This document shows, piece by piece, positions 25,196 through 39,640 of a stretch of DNA of 64,000 nucleotides. A program made the position numbers and the translations under genes. Position 1 is the first letter of the stretch, and the number at the start of each line of letters is the position of its first letter. Under the pieces are notes generated by a model. That model did not search any database. It saw only the letters and a list, made by a program, of their open reading frames with translations, and was not told where the DNA came from. Source of the DNA: Mobula hypostoma (taxonomy: Eukaryota); NCBI RefSeq assembly GCF_963921235.1, contig NC_086098.1:8928001-8992000 (forward strand), given 5' to 3'.

Positions 25196-25654
25196 CATAG
25201 TGGAGAAGGAGCTAGGGAGTGCTGACGATGTAGGATTGGAACATGGGCTGTTCCACGTAACCAATGAAAAGACAAGCATGTCTGGGGTCTTCTGTAATGA
25301 TTTCTCAAATGTTTCCCCAAGGAAAAATTTCTATGAGGACAATTCATCAGGTAAGTTAGGAACATACTGAATTGGTCGGCATAATGAATGATGAAAATGA
25401 CATGTCCCGAAGCACTACAAGTTTTCTCTTGGGCAGCTGTGTTTCTCATGAGATTGCTTAGATTTGTTGTGCAGTTACATTTATGCCTTTAGGTCAGAAA
25501 CCTCAGCTGTTTAAAACATGAAACCATTAGCAGCCTCCATCCTCTGTGTCAAATTCATCAGACTGGGTGATCTGACATCATACCCCAAGTTGGTTCGGAC
25601 AGAGGGCACATACAAGAAATGTCCATAGAGTACAAGGGTAAAACATGCATGATC

Positions 25655-26370
25655 TCTACTCCCTTTCTTGAATAATGGAACAACATCCGCAACCCTCCAA
25701 TCCTCTGCAACCTCTCCCGTCCCCATTGATGAAGCAAAGATCATCACCAGAGGCTTAGCAATCTCCTCCCTCTTCTCTCACAGTAGCCTGGGGTACATCT
25801 CATCTGGTCTGGGTGACTTATCCAACTTGATGCTTTCCAAAAGCTCCTGCACATCCTCTTTCTTAATATCTACCTGCTCAAGCTTTTCAATCCGCTGTAA
25901 ATCATCCCTACAATTGCCAAGATCCTTTTCCATAGTGAATACTGAAGCAAAGTACACATTAAGTACCTCCTCTGGTTCCATTCACACTTTTTCACTGTCA
26001 CGCTTGATTGGTCCTATTCTCTCATATCTTATCCTCTTGCTCTTCACATACTTGTAGAATGCCTTGGGGTTTTTTTAATCCTTACCACCAAAGCCTTCTC
26101 ATGGCCCCTCTGGCTCTCCTAATTTCATTATTAAGCTCCTTCCTGCTAGTTTTATAATCTTCTAGATCTCTACCATTACCTAGTTTTTTCAAGCTTTCAT
26201 AAGCTCTTCTTTTCTACTTGACTAGATTTACAACAGCCTTTGTACACCACGGTTCCTGTACCCTGCATCCTTTCCCTGCCTTGTTGGAATGTACCTATGC
26301 AGAACTCCATGCAAATATCCCCCGAATATTTGCCACATTGCTTCCGTACATTTCCCTGAGAACATCTGTT
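25655..26370 (-). mobile_element. CR1 ORF2 fragment
   Basis: LNVYFASVFT, IKLDKSPRPDEMYPRLL, EDWRVADVVPLFKKG. Confidence 0.9.
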
Positions 26371-26964
26371 GCTGCAGAGAGTTGCACTAGCTGCTATCCT
26401 ACCAGGCTGCCTTGCAGGTGATCCTGCACACAAAGCTCTTGTGAAAATGTGCGAATGATAGGCAGTCATTCTGAACAGATTGCTTTAACAAACCCTGAGG
26501 TGGAATGGGAGTGGTGGCAATGTGGGAGAAGGGTGCTCTAGAGAAAGTCTGTCTTGCGTTTGTAATCTCATTCCATCATCTGAATTGATTAGATTAGATT
26601 AGCTTTATCTATCACAGGTACATCAAGACATCAAAACACACAGTGAAATGCGTTGATTGTGTCAACGACCAAGATGTTTTGAACCTTTGAAACCTGAAAC
26701 TAATTCAAGGACATGGGAGCCTGAAATGACAGCTTAACTTTGGGTTTACTTAAAGCGAGGCGCAGACGTATCACGTTGTGCCATGGTAACATATGCATTT
26801 CACATATTTAGACACATAACTCATAATTAATTATTTAAATGAACAAGAATGCTCCTAAACCTTATGGTCTTATCGACACTTGTGGGCTGCCCTGCAGGTT
26901 CCTCACTGATTTGATCAAATACATTTCACAGTAGGTTTCGGTGTACATGTTGCAGATCACAAAT

Positions 26965-27315
26965 AGGAGAAATTCTATAGAAGCCGGAAGTCCAAAGCAA
27001 CACACGTAAAATGCTGGAGGGAGTCAGCGGGCCAGGCAGCATCTATGGAAATGAATAAACAGTCAACATTTCGGGGCCAAGACCCTCCTTCAGGACTGAG
27101 AAGGAAGGGGGAAGATACCAGAATAAAAAGAGGGGCTGGGGGGGACAGGAATGAGGCCATATGAAGGTTAGCTGCAAGGTGACAAGCAAAGAATCAGAGG
27201 GCAGCAGACGTCACAGAGGGGGAGCAGTGAGAGAGGGTCTCATTGAACCCCCATCTAAGAGAAGAGTTCAACCTTTAGGGTAAGCATCCCTCGAAGAGAT
27301 CACAGTGGAGCAGCA
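26965..27315 (-). mobile_element. PLE terminal repeat with hammerhead variant
   Basis: Minus strand cagtc ctgaagg a gggtc tt ggcccc gaaa tg tt gactg (27060-27098). The block at 27198-27310 matches 903-1020. Confidence 0.7.
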
Positions 27316-27689
27316 GATCATAAACATGAGGAAGTTTGACAAATACTTTTTTGGTATGTAAGTGTGAAGGAGGTGAACAAGTAATTTAGACAGGGTACCT
27401 GGCCAAATACTAAAGATGTGCTGATCAACTGGCTGAGTGTTTACTGAGGTCTTTAACTTCTTGCTTTGGCAGTGCTTCAAGCAGGCTTCAGTAGTTCAAT
27501 TTAATATCAGAGAAATGTATACAATATAATCCTGAAATTCTTTTTCTCCACAGATGTCCATGAAAACTGAAGTGTGCCCAAAGGATGAGTGACAGTTAGG
27601 AAGAACATGGTAACCAGCATTAATGATTATCATCCCCCAGCACATACATCCACAGTGATGAAGTGTTTTGAGAGGTTGATGAAACATTC

Positions 27690-28625
27690 TGCCCTTCGAG
27701 CCTGCACCGCCATTCAGTATGATTATGGCTGATCATCCAGCTCAGAACCCTATACCTGCCTTCCCTCCATGCCCCCTGATCCCTTTGGCCACAAGGGCCA
27801 TATCTAACTCCCTCTTAAATATAGCCAATGAACTGGCCTCAACTATTTCCTGTGGCAGAGAATTCCACAGATTCACCACTCTCTGTGTGAAGAAGTTTTT
27901 CCTAATCTCGGTCCTAAAAGGCTTCCGCTTTATCCTTAAACTGTGACCCCTCGTTCTGGACTTCCCCAACATCGGGAACAATCTTCCTGCATCTAGCCTG
28001 TCCAATCCTTTTAGAATTTTATACGTTTCAATAAGAACCCCCTCAATCTTCTAATTTCCAGCCAGTATAAGTCTAGTCGATCCAGTCTTTCATCATATGA
28101 AAGTCCTGCCATCCCAGGAATCAATCTGGTGAACCTTCTTTGTACTCCCTCTATGGCAAGGATGTCTTTCCTCAGATTAGGGGACCAAAACTGCACACAA
28201 TACTCCAGGTGTGGTCTCACCAAGGCCTTGTACAACTGCAGTAGTACCTCCCTGCTCCTGTGCTCGAATCTTCTTGCTATGAATGCCAGCGTACCATTCG
28301 CCTTTTTCACTGCCTGCTGTACCTGCATGCCCACTTTCAATGACTGGTGTATAATGACACCCAGGTCTCGTTGCACCTCCCCTTTTCCTAATCCGCCACC
28401 ATTCAGATAATAATCTGTTTTCCTGTTCTTGCCACCAAAGTGGATAACCTCACATTTATCCACATTAAATTGCATCTGCCATGAATTTGCCCACTCACCC
28501 AACCTATCCAAGTCACCCTGCATCCTCTTAGCATCCTCCTCACAGCTAACACTGCCACCCAGCTTCGTGTCATCCGCAAACTTGGAGATGCTGCATTTAA
28601 TTCCCTTGTCTAAATCATTAATATA
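27690..28625 (-). mobile_element. Young CR1 3' portion (RT end to 3'UTR)
   Basis: ISKFADDTKLGG..QGDLDRLGEWA..WQMQFN..LYKALVRPHLEYC..TRGHSL, with one frameshift near 28040. Confidence 0.92.
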
Positions 28626-28629
28626 TATA

Positions 28630-29515
28630 CATCAGGATGCCAACTACAGCTCCGAGTTCAAAACCATCATCCCTAATAAATAAGCCTCATTACCTCCTGG
28701 CAACTGGATCCTTGATTTCCTCACTGACAAACCTCAGTCAGTTCAGATTGGCAACAACGTCTCCACAATCTCCTCCAGCAGAGGTACACCACAATGATGT
28801 GTACGTAGCCCCCTGCTCTACCGCTTTACCCTTATGACTGCATGGCTAAGCACAGCTCCAGTGCCATATTCAAGTTTGCTGATGACACCACCGTCGCCGT
28901 TCGAATTAAAGGTGGTAATGAAGCAGTGTACTGGAGGGAGATTGAAAATCTGGCTGAGTGGAGCCATGACAAACATTTCTCACTCAATGTCGGCGAGACC
29001 AAGGAGCTGATTATTGACTTCAGGAGGAGGAAAGCAGAGGCCCAAGAGCCAACCCTCATCGGAGGATCAGAGGTGGAGGGGGGTGTAAACAGCCCGGTAT
29101 GGAAATCCTTGAACAGAAAAATCCAACTAAACCTAGTGGGCATGGCCCAGACCATCACAAGCAAAGTCCTCCCCACCATCGTGCACATCTACACTAAACG
29201 CTGTCGTAGGAAAACGGCGTTCTTCATCAGGTACCCCCACTGCCTCTCGCTGTTACCTTCAGGAAGAAGGTACAGGATTCTCAGGACTCGTACCACCAGG
29301 TGCAGGAACAGTTATTACCCCTCAACCATTAGACTCTTGAACCAATGGGGATAATTGCACTCATCTTCACTTCCCCCATCATTGAAATTTTCCAAAAAAT
29401 TGTGGACTCAATTTTACGGATTCTTCAACTCGGGTTTTCCATATTTATTGTTTATTTATTTATCATTATTTCTTTCTTTTTGTATTTGTACAGTTTGTGT
29501 TTTTCCACTCCCAAG
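28630..29515 (+). mobile_element. L2/Rex-Babar RT fragment with internal deletion
   Basis: IFKFADDTTV..LNVGETKELIIDFRR..LLPSGRRYR..NSYYPSTIRLLN. Confidence 0.85.
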
Positions 29516-29844
29516 TTGCTGCTTTTTTTGCAGAGGTGGGTGGGTCTGGGGGAGTCCTGCTGTTATGTGTGTATGTGGGAGGGGGGAGTAGGTGGGACTT
29601 TGGGGTTCTAACATTTTAACTGTCACTCATCCTTTGGGGCACACTTCAGTTTTCATGGACATCTGCGAAGAAAAAGAATTTCAGGATTATATTGTATTCA
29701 TTTCTCTGATATTAAATTGAACTATTGAACTATCAGGTTATGATTTCATTACGGATTTATTGAGTATGCCAACAAGAAAATGAATCTGGTAACATATACT
29801 GTATGTGCTTTAATAATAAATTTACCTTGAACTTTGAAATTTCC

Positions 29845-31525
29845 AACCCTGTCACTTGCAAAGTTGTTGTTTCCTTCTCTTACTTCCTCTGTCTCCATTC
29901 TCCTGATGAGGTTTTCCATTCCAGAACATCCAACGTGTCCTCCTTTTACAAAAAGAACAAGGTTCTCTTCGACCCATGCCACCAATGTTGCCCCCAGCTG
30001 CATCTCTACTCTTTTCCCAACATCTTCTGTGCGCAGGCACAACAGGAATAGGACTCTCCATATCCTCATCTACAATCCCACAAGCCTAAGCATCCAGCCT
30101 ATCATTCTCTGCCACCACCAGGTATATCTTCCCCTTTCCCCCTCTCTCTGCTTTGTGCAGGGATGGCTCTCTCCGTCACTACCTTGTCCACTCGTCCCCC
30201 TTCACTAATGCTCATCCCCAAAACCATGTGGAGTGTTACCCTACCCCTTCACCTCCTCCCTCACCACCATTCAGAGCCCTAAATGCTCCTTCCAGGTGAG
30301 GCAGCACTTCACATACAAATTCCTATTGTATACAGTGCTCCCGGTACAGCTTCCTCTACAGCAATGAGAGACAAGTTTGCTGAGCACCTTCACTTCCCAG
30401 TCACACACCAGCATGTCTGTCCAAGACCTCCTCTGCCGTCAAGTTGAGGATAGATGCAGATTAGAGCAACAGCACTACATAGTCCTCCTTGGTAGACTCC
30501 AATCTGACAGTATCAAAATCGATTACTCTAACTCTCCTTTACCCCTTCCTGGTCCCTTTGATCCTAACCACTCTGATTCTTCCCCAACCACTCTCTCTGC
30601 TTGTCACCCACACATTCTTCCCACTGGTACTCCTTTTATTCTATGGTTTACTGTTCAGTTCCTTGAGGTTGTCATAGCTGGGGGTGGAAATGGGGACAAG
30701 CCCCCACCACCTAGTAAGTGCTCCCAATGTGTGTGCCTCAAATAGCCTCTGACAGTCAAGTCCAGCTCCTGGCCTTCACATGTGGTTCAGATACTAAGTC
30801 TGGTGGACCGTATCTACTGACAGGAGAAGGGGCAAAGGCAGGTTACTGGCTACTTAAAATCAATCGCTCTGAGCAGATGAAGCTCCTCAGCCGTGGTTGC
30901 CAGTTCATCTAGGAGAAGGAAAACTCTGATCTCAAGCCTCTGCTGCCTTACAGATATACCCACTCATGAGGAAGACTTTGGAAGTAAACCTAGAAGGAAA
31001 AGTTCGGAGCTGGAGTCCCTAAGGCAGTCTTACTTTGAGTTCAACATTGACTGGCAACTCCTGTGACACTGCTGGTACCAAACTGTATCAGTCTTGGCTG
31101 TTTCTTCGGGTTTATCATACGCATGGAGAGGGGGAGCTTGCCACATGGGCACAGCTTGTCCTCCGTATTGTACTGCCCTGGTTTTCATATCTAGACAGCT
31201 GGGACTCAACATCTATGGCTGACCCAGACCTATGGAGGCCTCTGAGTCTGTCCCTTCCTATCTGATTCCATCTGCTTCTGCCCTTTTCCACTTCTACCTA
31301 TGACCTTACTGCATCATTCCTTCCCCACTGACCCATCACCCCTTCACATAGATCCACCTATCACCTGCCAGCTCATGCTTTTCCCCCTATCCCCACACCA
31401 CTGTTTTATACTGACTATCTTCCCTCTTCCTTTCCAGTCCTTATGAAGAGCCTTGACCCACAACGTCAACTGTCCATATTCCTCCACAGATGCCGCCTGA
31501 CCTCCAGTTCCTCAGTGAGCTCCTC
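29845..31525 (+). mobile_element. Decayed Penelope-like element split by an RTE-like insert
   Basis: Colinear with 20034-21370 (RLEQQHY..LGRLQSD). Ends in a degenerate hammerhead at 31435-31472. Confidence 0.7.
30660..31245 (+). mobile_element. Non-autonomous RTE-like repeat
   Basis: Shares ggaaaactctgat..ctctgctgcctt..atacccactcatg..ggagctggagtccctaaggcagtc with 43638-44019. The family assignment is inferred. Confidence 0.5.
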
Positions 31526-31604
31526 CATAGTTCTGGCGGCTGCTGTGTGCTTTCGGCGTAGTAAGTTGTCTACAGTCAACTGGGAAAACATGAGGAAGAT
31601 GTGA

Positions 31605-31955
31605 AAAGAGGATGCTGTCCAAGTTGCACGCCATCTTAGACAATGTCTCCCATCCACTATATAATGTACTGGTTGGGCATAGAAGTACATTCAGCCAGAG
31701 ACTCATTCCACCGAGATGCAACACAGAGCGTCATAGGAAGTCATTCCTGCCTGTGGCCATCAAACTTTACAACTCGTCCCTTGGAGGGTCAGACAACCTG
31801 AGCCAATAAGCTGGTCCTGAACTTATTTCCTGGCATAATTTACATATTATTATTCAATTATTTATGGTTTTATTACTATTCAATTGTTTATGATGCAACT
31901 GTAACGAAAACCAATTTCCCCCAGGATCAATAAAGTATGACCATGACTATGATTA
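31605..31955 (+). mobile_element. Rex1 3' end
   Basis: LSKLHAILDNVSHPL..RHRKSFLPVAIKLYN, with a (tatgac)n-like tail. Confidence 0.88.
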
Positions 31956-32074
31956 TGAAGGGTGGCATAGTCACAGCAGAGGCTCCCACTGCCTATGGCT
32001 CCCAAACACTGAATACTGATGGGCTGGAATCCCTGTCATAATGCCTTGAACTGGTCAGTCATGAAAATTATACA

Positions 32075-33990
32075 GAAGACAAAATTGGTTGGTATGACGT
32101 TGTGGGCATCACTGAGTCATGGCTGAAAGAAGGCCATAGTTGGGAGTTTAACGTCAAAGGATATACTTTGTTTCAAAAGGACAGGTAGGAAGGCATGGGT
32201 GGTGGTGTGGCTCTGTTTGTAGGTGATGGAAATACATATTTAGAAAGAGGTGACATAGGGTCAGAGAACGTTCAATCTTTGTGAGTGGAGTTAAGAAACC
32301 GCAAGGGTTAAAAAACCATTATGGGGATCATATATAGGCCTCTAAATAGTAGTCGTGATGTGCGGTTGAGATTGCAAAGGGAGCTGGAAAAGGCATGTAA
32401 TATGGGTAATGACACAGTTGTAATGGGGGATCAATATGCAAAGGGACTGTGAAAATCAGGCTGGGGTTGGGTCGCAAGAGAGGGAATTTGTTGAATGCCT
32501 ACAAGATAGCTTCTTAGAGCAGCTTGTGCTTGAGCCAACTAGAGGAAAGGCTATCTTAGATTGGGTGTTGTGTCATAATGCAGATATTATTAAGGAACTT
32601 AATGGAAAAGAGCCTTAGGAGGCAGTGAACATGATATGATTGAATTCGTACTGCAGTTTGACAGGGAGAAGCATGTCACATGTATCAGTATTGCAATGGA
32701 GTAAAGGGAATTACAGAGGCATGAGAGAGGAGCTTGCCCAGGTGGATTGAAGGAGGGTACTGGCAGGGATGACAGCTGAGCAGAGATGACTGAAGTTTCT
32801 GGAAATAATTCACAAGGCGCAGAATAGATATATCCGACAGAAGAAGTTCTCAAATGGCAGGGGTAGGAAACCGTGGCTGACAAGGGAAATTAAGGCCTGC
32901 ATAAAAGCCAAGGAAAGGGCATATCAGGTATCAAAAGTGAGTAGGAAGTTGGATGATTGGGAAGATTTTAAAATCCAACAAAAGGGACCTAATAAGCTAT
33001 AAGAAGGGAAAAGATAAAATACGAGGGCAAACTTGCCAATAATATAAAACAAGATACTACAAGTTTTTTTCAGTTATATAAAGAGTAAAAGGGGGGTGAG
33101 GGATGATATTGGACCACAGGAAAATGATGCTGGTGAGGTAGTAATGCAGGACAACTTAATGGGTACTTTGCATCAGCCTTCACTGTGGAAGACACTAGCA
33201 GTGTGCCAAAGGTCCATGAGTATCTGGGAGCAGGAGTGAATGCCATTGATATTACAAAGGAAAAAGTGTTAGGCAAACTCAAAGGTCTTAAGGTGGATCT
33301 CAGAGTCCTGAGAGAGGTTACTGAAGAGATAACGGATTCATTGGTCATGATCTTTCAAGAATCACTTAATTCTGCCATGGTCCCGGAGGACTGGAAATTG
33401 CAAATGTCACTCCACCCTTTAAGAAGGGAACAAGGCAAAAGAAAGGAAATTGTAGGCCAGTTATAGATCAACCTCAGTGGTCGGGAAAGTGTTAGAGTCT
33501 ATTATTAAGGATGAGGTATTTGGTGACTAATGATATAATGTCAAAGTCAGCATGTTTTTATAAAGGGAAATCTTGCCTGACAGATCTGTTAGAGTTCTTT
33601 GAGCAAATAACAAGCAGGGTGGACAAAGGAGAGGCAACGAATGTCATTTACTTGGATTTTCATAAGGCATTTGATAAGGTGCAACACATGAGGTTGCTTA
33701 ACAAGATAAAATCCTATAGCATTACAGGAAAAATACTGACAGGCAGGAGGCAGTGAGTGGGAATAAAGGGGGCTTTTCTAATTGACTGCTGGTGACTAGA
33801 GGCGTTCCTCAGGGGTAAGTATTGGGAATGCTACTTTTCACATTGTTTGTCAATGACTTGGATAATGGAATTGATGGCTTTGTGGCAAAGCTCGTGGATG
33901 ATACAAAGGTCAGTGAAGGGGTAGGTAATGCTGAGGAAGCAATGTGATTGCAGCAGGACTTAGACAAATTGGAAGAATGAGCAAAAAAAA
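32075..33990 (+). mobile_element. Decayed CR1 ORF2 (APE to RT)
   Basis: YDVVGITESWL, FLEQLVLEPTRGKAILD, KSCLTDLLEFFE, YLDFHKAFDKV, PQG, VDDTK. Confidence 0.88.
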
Positions 33991-34225
33991 TGATTCTGAT
34001 TCTGATTCTGAACTCCTTAAAGGCAGCACTGGAAGCGAATTCTGAACTCTGAACTCTGAACTCTGACACCGAGCTGTAATAGCGTTGTACTAACTGCTAC
34101 ACTACTGTGGCGCCCCGCAAAGCAGACACACAATTTACTAACACTTACCCTTTCTAGCAGAATACTGTGGAATAAAAACTTAGTCATCATTTTAATGTTT
34201 TATTGGCCTATTATACCTTACAACC

Positions 34226-34360
34226 ATCCTGATGAAGAGTCTCGGCTGAAACATCAACTCTCTATCCCTCTCCATAGATGCTGCCTGATCTGCTGAGTTC
34301 CTCCAGCATTGTGTGTGCGTTGTTCTGGATCTCCTGGATCAGCAGAATCCCTTGTGTTTA
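34226..34360 (+). mobile_element. PLE terminal repeat with near-intact hammerhead core
   Basis: atc CTGATGA agagtctcggct GAAA ca TC aact, followed by catagatgctgcctga. Confidence 0.65.
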
Positions 34361-35654
34361 CACCCTACATCCAAGTCGATTTGTCTTGTAATATTCCACC
34401 AGCCTATCCACCATTAAGAACCTATATACAGAAAGGTGCTGGGAAAGGGCCAGCGACATTGTGAAGGATCCCACCTACCCTGCTCATGGACTGTTTGTCC
34501 CACAAATTCTATGCAGGGAGAAGGTTGCATAGAATCCACGCCAGGACCATCAGACTCAAAAACAGTTACTTTTTCCAAGCAGTAAGGTGATTAACATCTC
34601 CACCCACTAACCCAGCCCTCCACACCTCCAACCACCACTACTTTATCATTTCCTGTCAGTCACCTTATTCGCAGACACTCCTCTACCTAGTGTCACTGTA
34701 TGGACAGACAGTCAATTTTTATATATCAGCTATCTTAAGTATTTATGCTTATTGTGTTCTTTATTGAATTGAGTTTTTAATTTGTGCTGTATCGGATCCA
34801 GGGTAACAATTGTCTCACTCTCCTCTGCACTTGTCTACTGGAAATGGCATGAAGCTATTTTGAACCTGTTGATCTGTTGTTACTGGATCCACGATTGTTC
34901 AGTGTAACGAGTGATGTAACGAGCAGAATCTTTCTCAGCAAAGACCGTCGGTCAAATATTCTGTTACTCAACAGAAATGGTGACAAATGTCATCTTTCTT
35001 TGAGCCTAGGTACTCTTTCCCAAAATTACATTTGCGTGCAACAGCTTACAACTGTGGAGGTGAAAATCTACTTGATAATGTCCCCGATACAGTGAGTCAT
35101 ACAGTGTTTTTTTTTATAAAGCATTTCCATAGTATTGTCAAACACTTGTAGCAGTGTTAAAACAAAAGCATTGTATATATAATAGGGGCTAGCCGATGGT
35201 GTAGTGGTATCAGCACTGGACTTCGAGGCAGATAGTCCTGAATTCGAATCCCCCCAGGTCCCAGCTTGGACAGTAGCAGTATCTGTGCGGAAGAAAGGAC
35301 TGGCAAACTACACTATCCATAGTCTAATAGGATATTCTATAGATTCTATAGATTTGCTGAGTCAGACAGAGGTACTGGAGCCTCAGGACCCACACCAGTA
35401 GGTTCAGGAACAGTTATTGCCCTTCAATCATCAGGCTCCTGAACCAGTGTGGATAATGTCACTCACCTCAATTCTGAACAGATTCCACAATCTATAGACT
35501 CACTCTACAGTTCATGTTCTCAGTATTATTTATTTATTTATTTGCATAATTTATTTTGCACATTGGCTGTTTGTCTGTCTTTATTTATGCGTAAAGTGTG
35601 TCAAATGGTTATTGTGAAAGGTCTAGTGTGGTAGTGCTTGTCACTCTCACTTTC

Positions 35655-36187
35655 AGCTTCCACCACTGGCTAGCAGTCGTGCAAAAAGGAGAGCTGAATG
35701 CCTAAGTCTCTCCCTGCTACAACACAGCCTCTCCAACAGCAAGCCTCCTCGCTGGCGACACACGCAAATGGAACTCCTTTCAGTCTCAGGCTGAACTACA
35801 GAGGACAGGGAGGAGGTCTGGCTCCTGCACACATAGCACGCAGGCCCACCAGTGTATGGGCACGCTCCCCAGCTATGGGGAATAGCCATGTGGGTAGCCT
35901 CGGGAGAGATGAAGGCTACAGGAGTAAACCCAGGCAACAAATCCGGAGTGGAGCCCCTGAGGAGGTTGGACATCACTGAACATCCTTCCGGCAGCTCCTG
36001 CAGCCAAGCTGGTGCCAAACGTATTGCTTCATAAACTTTCCTTTGGACCACACTGGTGAGGCCGAGAGGGGGACCTTGACTGGGCATCCCGCGATCTTCA
36101 TACCTTCCGCCCAGGCACGTGCCCTGAAGGGGTCACTCCAGTGCCACTATCCATTGTCCTTCGAGAGAGACAGATGCCATCATCATC
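35655..36187 (+). mobile_element. Non-autonomous RTE-like repeat
   Basis: ggagtaaaccc..aaatccggagtggagcccct..gctggtgccaa, related to 30660 and 43638. Has a gatgcc(atc)n tail. Confidence 0.5.
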
Positions 36188-37189
36188 TTCATTTGTAGAT
36201 AGATTTTCATAAATCCCTCCACTGTGCCACACTGTCTGCAAATACAGCTTCACGCTGAGCTCCTTCTACAACCTACGGACCCACTTTCAAGGACTACAAA
36301 TCAAGTTCTCAATATTATTTACTTATTTATTTATTATTTTGTTTTTATTTTTACATTTGCACATTTTGTCATCTTTTGCACACTAATTGTTTGTCTTTGT
36401 TAGTGTGTAGTTTTTCATTTACTCTATTGTGTTTTTTTCTACCTACTGTGAATGCCCGCAAGAAAATGAATCTCAGGGTAGTATATGGTGACATATATGT
36501 ACTTTGATAATAAATTTACTTTGAACTTTGAACTTTTGAATGGGCTAAAGATATTCACTACTTTACATAAGCCCACTTTTTTTTCACTGATTAAGTACAA
36601 ATAGCACATTATCTAATATCATCAAAACATCTAGGTACTGAAGTCAACAGAAGTACGAAAAAAACAGGAAAGATGTTAATACCTGCAGCCTACTAATTGT
36701 TGTGCAAAATTGCCTGGTACAGGGACATCAATGCCTTTGAACAGAATATCCTACAAAAGGTAGAGGGTTCAGCCCAGTACATCACAGGTGAAGCTCTCCC
36801 AACCATTGAGCACATCCACATGAAACACTGGCATAGGAAAGCAGCATCCATCAGCAGAGACCCCCATTACCTAGATGGCACATGAGGTATATTTTTTACT
36901 GTGTTCTTTATGATTACTGTATTTTTTTAACTTTGTTTGATGCACAATAATAATCATTTTGTTCTCCTTTACACTCGCATTCTGGAGAATAATAATAAAC
37001 AACCTTGGAACTTGCATCTTAATCAGAACTGTGAGATTGCACTGTTTTGGGATATTTTTGATACACATTCAAGATCGTTTATTGTCATTCTTCTGTATGC
37101 GAGTGTAAAGGAGAACAAAATGATTGTTATTCTGCATCAAATGAAGTTTAAAAAAATACTATAAGCATAAACAACACAGTAAAAAATGC

Positions 37190-37640
37190 ACCTCATGTGC
37201 CATCTAGGAAGTCTCCAACCTGATGGTATGAACACGATTTCTCCTGTCAGTAAGTGTTTTTTTGCCTTCCCATTCCCTCTTCTTCCATTCCGTACTCTGG
37301 CTTTTCATCTTTTCTCCTCACCTGCCTACCATCTCTCCCTGGGTCACCTCCTTCCTCCCTTTCTCCCATGGTCCTCTCCTATCAGATTCCGTCTTCTCCA
37401 GACCTTTACTTTTCCTGCCCACCTGGTTTCACCTATCACCTTCTAGCTAATCCTCCTTCACCTCCCCCCTCCCCAGCTTTTTATTCTGGCATCTTCCCCC
37501 ATCCTTTCCTGTCCTGAAGAAGGGTCTCAGCCCAAAATGTTAACTGTTTATTCACTTCCATAGCTGCTGCACGACCTGCTGAGTTCCTCTAGCATTTTGT
37601 GTGTGTTACTCTGGATTTCCAACATCAGTGAAATCTCTTG
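37190..37640 (+). mobile_element. PLE 3' end
   Basis: HLGSLQPDGMN endonuclease C-terminus, and a degenerate hammerhead gtcctgaagaagggtctcagcccaaaatgttaactg. Confidence 0.8.
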
Positions 37641-39074
37641 CATCAGTATACGTGCAGCTTAGAAAATAAAAGAGAACTTGGAGGTAGTTCAATCAGCTGA
37701 AACTTGCCATTTTGGCTTGTGTGGAAAGTGGTGGAGGAGTGCAGAGGTAGGCGGTGGGAAAGAGGGGGTGGTGCAAAAGGATAGGCTGGAGGTGTGAAGA
37801 TTTTTTATGTAGACCCTAGTTTGGGTGAATTTAACACTGAACAAGGTAGAAAGGATTTACAAAGATTAAAAAAAAAGCCTCAAGCAAAATTTACACATTT
37901 AAAATCCTGTGATTGTATAACACTGGGGAAATCTTACTATGTAAAAGATTAGCTTTATTTGTCATTTGTACATCCATACGTACTCCTGCGCTGTTTGCAT
38001 CAAATCAGATGAACGGTGATTGTGCTGGACAGCCAGCAGTGTCGCCACACTTCCAGTGCCAACATTGCATGCACACAACTCACTCACCTTAACCGTACGT
38101 CTTTGGAATGTGGGAGGAAACCAGAGCACCCAGAGGAAACCCACATGATCACGGAACGAACATACAAACCCCTCACAGACAGTGGCAGGAATTTAACCCT
38201 GATCTAACAGCTGACTGATGGAAAGTATTGTGCTAACTGCCACACTGCCATGCCACCCGATGTTAAAAGAACAATTTAAATTTTGTTGATTGTCAGAAGG
38301 GCTGAAGCTGGCATTAGAAATGGCCTGAAATTCATTTCTTAGTCACCGAGCTCTTAAATGAGTATGTAAAACACACAAAATGCTGGAGGAATTATTGGTG
38401 TCACTTCTCTGAGGATCATCACTCTGTAGTGCTGAGGAGGGTCATTATTTCCTGAAATCCCAACTTTGAAACTGTCTGGAGTTTAGCTCCTAGTGGGTTC
38501 ACACATGTGGTAGGGTCAAGGGAGAGACTCCAGACAAAGAGCAATCTAACCAAGATCTCAACGGAAGATGATGACACATCACAGTGAAGGGTCCCCCGTA
38601 TCTTACATTCCATGTCACTGGACCCTGATCCTGATCTATTGTGGCTGCCCATGCGTTAACCTCCCCACGTTAAACAAAGTCACACGCAGATGTTCTCCAT
38701 TAAAGGAGTCCACCTTTAAGGAGAACATCATACTCGGCAATTTGGAACAGAGATGAGGAAAAATTTCTTTAGCAGATGGTGGTGAACCTGTGGAGTTTTT
38801 GCCACAGCCAGTTGTGCAGGCCAAGTCATTGGGTGGATATAAGACAGAGGTTAGGTTCTTGATTTATCAGGGCGTCAAAGGTTACGGGCAAAAGACAGAA
38901 GAATGGGGTTGAAAGGGATAATATGTCAGCTAAGCCGGAATGACAGAACAAACTCAATGGCCCGAATGGCCTAGTCTTCTGGTTTTATGGTCTCGAGTAA
39001 TACCATATCAGTATCACAGAATGCAATCCAACCCCAGAACTACTGCAGTTTGACACTCATTTTCCTTATTAAAT

Positions 39075-39640
39075 CAAAATCAGGTTTACTATCACTGTCA
39101 TACTGTGTTGTGAAATTTGTTGTTTTACGGCAGCAATGCATAAACTATATTATAAATTTTTAAAGTAAATTTTAAAAAGTAGTGCAAAAAGAGAGCAAGT
39201 TAGTGAGTGTTCATGGGTTCATGGATCATTCAGATATCTGATGGTGGAGGGGAAGAAGTTGTTTCTCAAACATTGAGTACATCTTCAAGCTCCTGTACCT
39301 CCTCTCTGGTGGTAGTATTGAGAGGAGGATGGGTCCAGAGTGATGTGGGCCTTTACTGACAGATGCCACCTTCTTCAGGCATCCCCTTTTGAAGAAGTCC
39401 TCGACGGCATGGAGTTGGCTGAGTTTACAAGGATCTGCAGCTTTTTCTGATCCCGTGCGGTGGCCCCTCCACGCCAGGAGGAGGTGCAACCAGTTAGAAC
39501 GCTCTCCGTGGTACAGCTATAGAAATTTGCTGGAGTCTTTGGTAACATACCAAACCTCCTCAAACTCCTCATGAAATATAGCCACTAGCATGCCTTCTCC
39601 ATAATTGCACCAACATGTTGGGTGCAGGGCAGATGTTCAG
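39075..39640 (-). mobile_element. L2/Rex-Babar-like 3' fragment
   Basis: RSLRRFGM..NFYSCTTESVLTGC, and LPPERRYRSLK. Confidence 0.8.

Noticed and set aside
30670..30800. HDV-like ribozyme at the 5' end of the RTE-like repeat
   Set aside because: I could not assemble a convincing nested double pseudoknot by eye.
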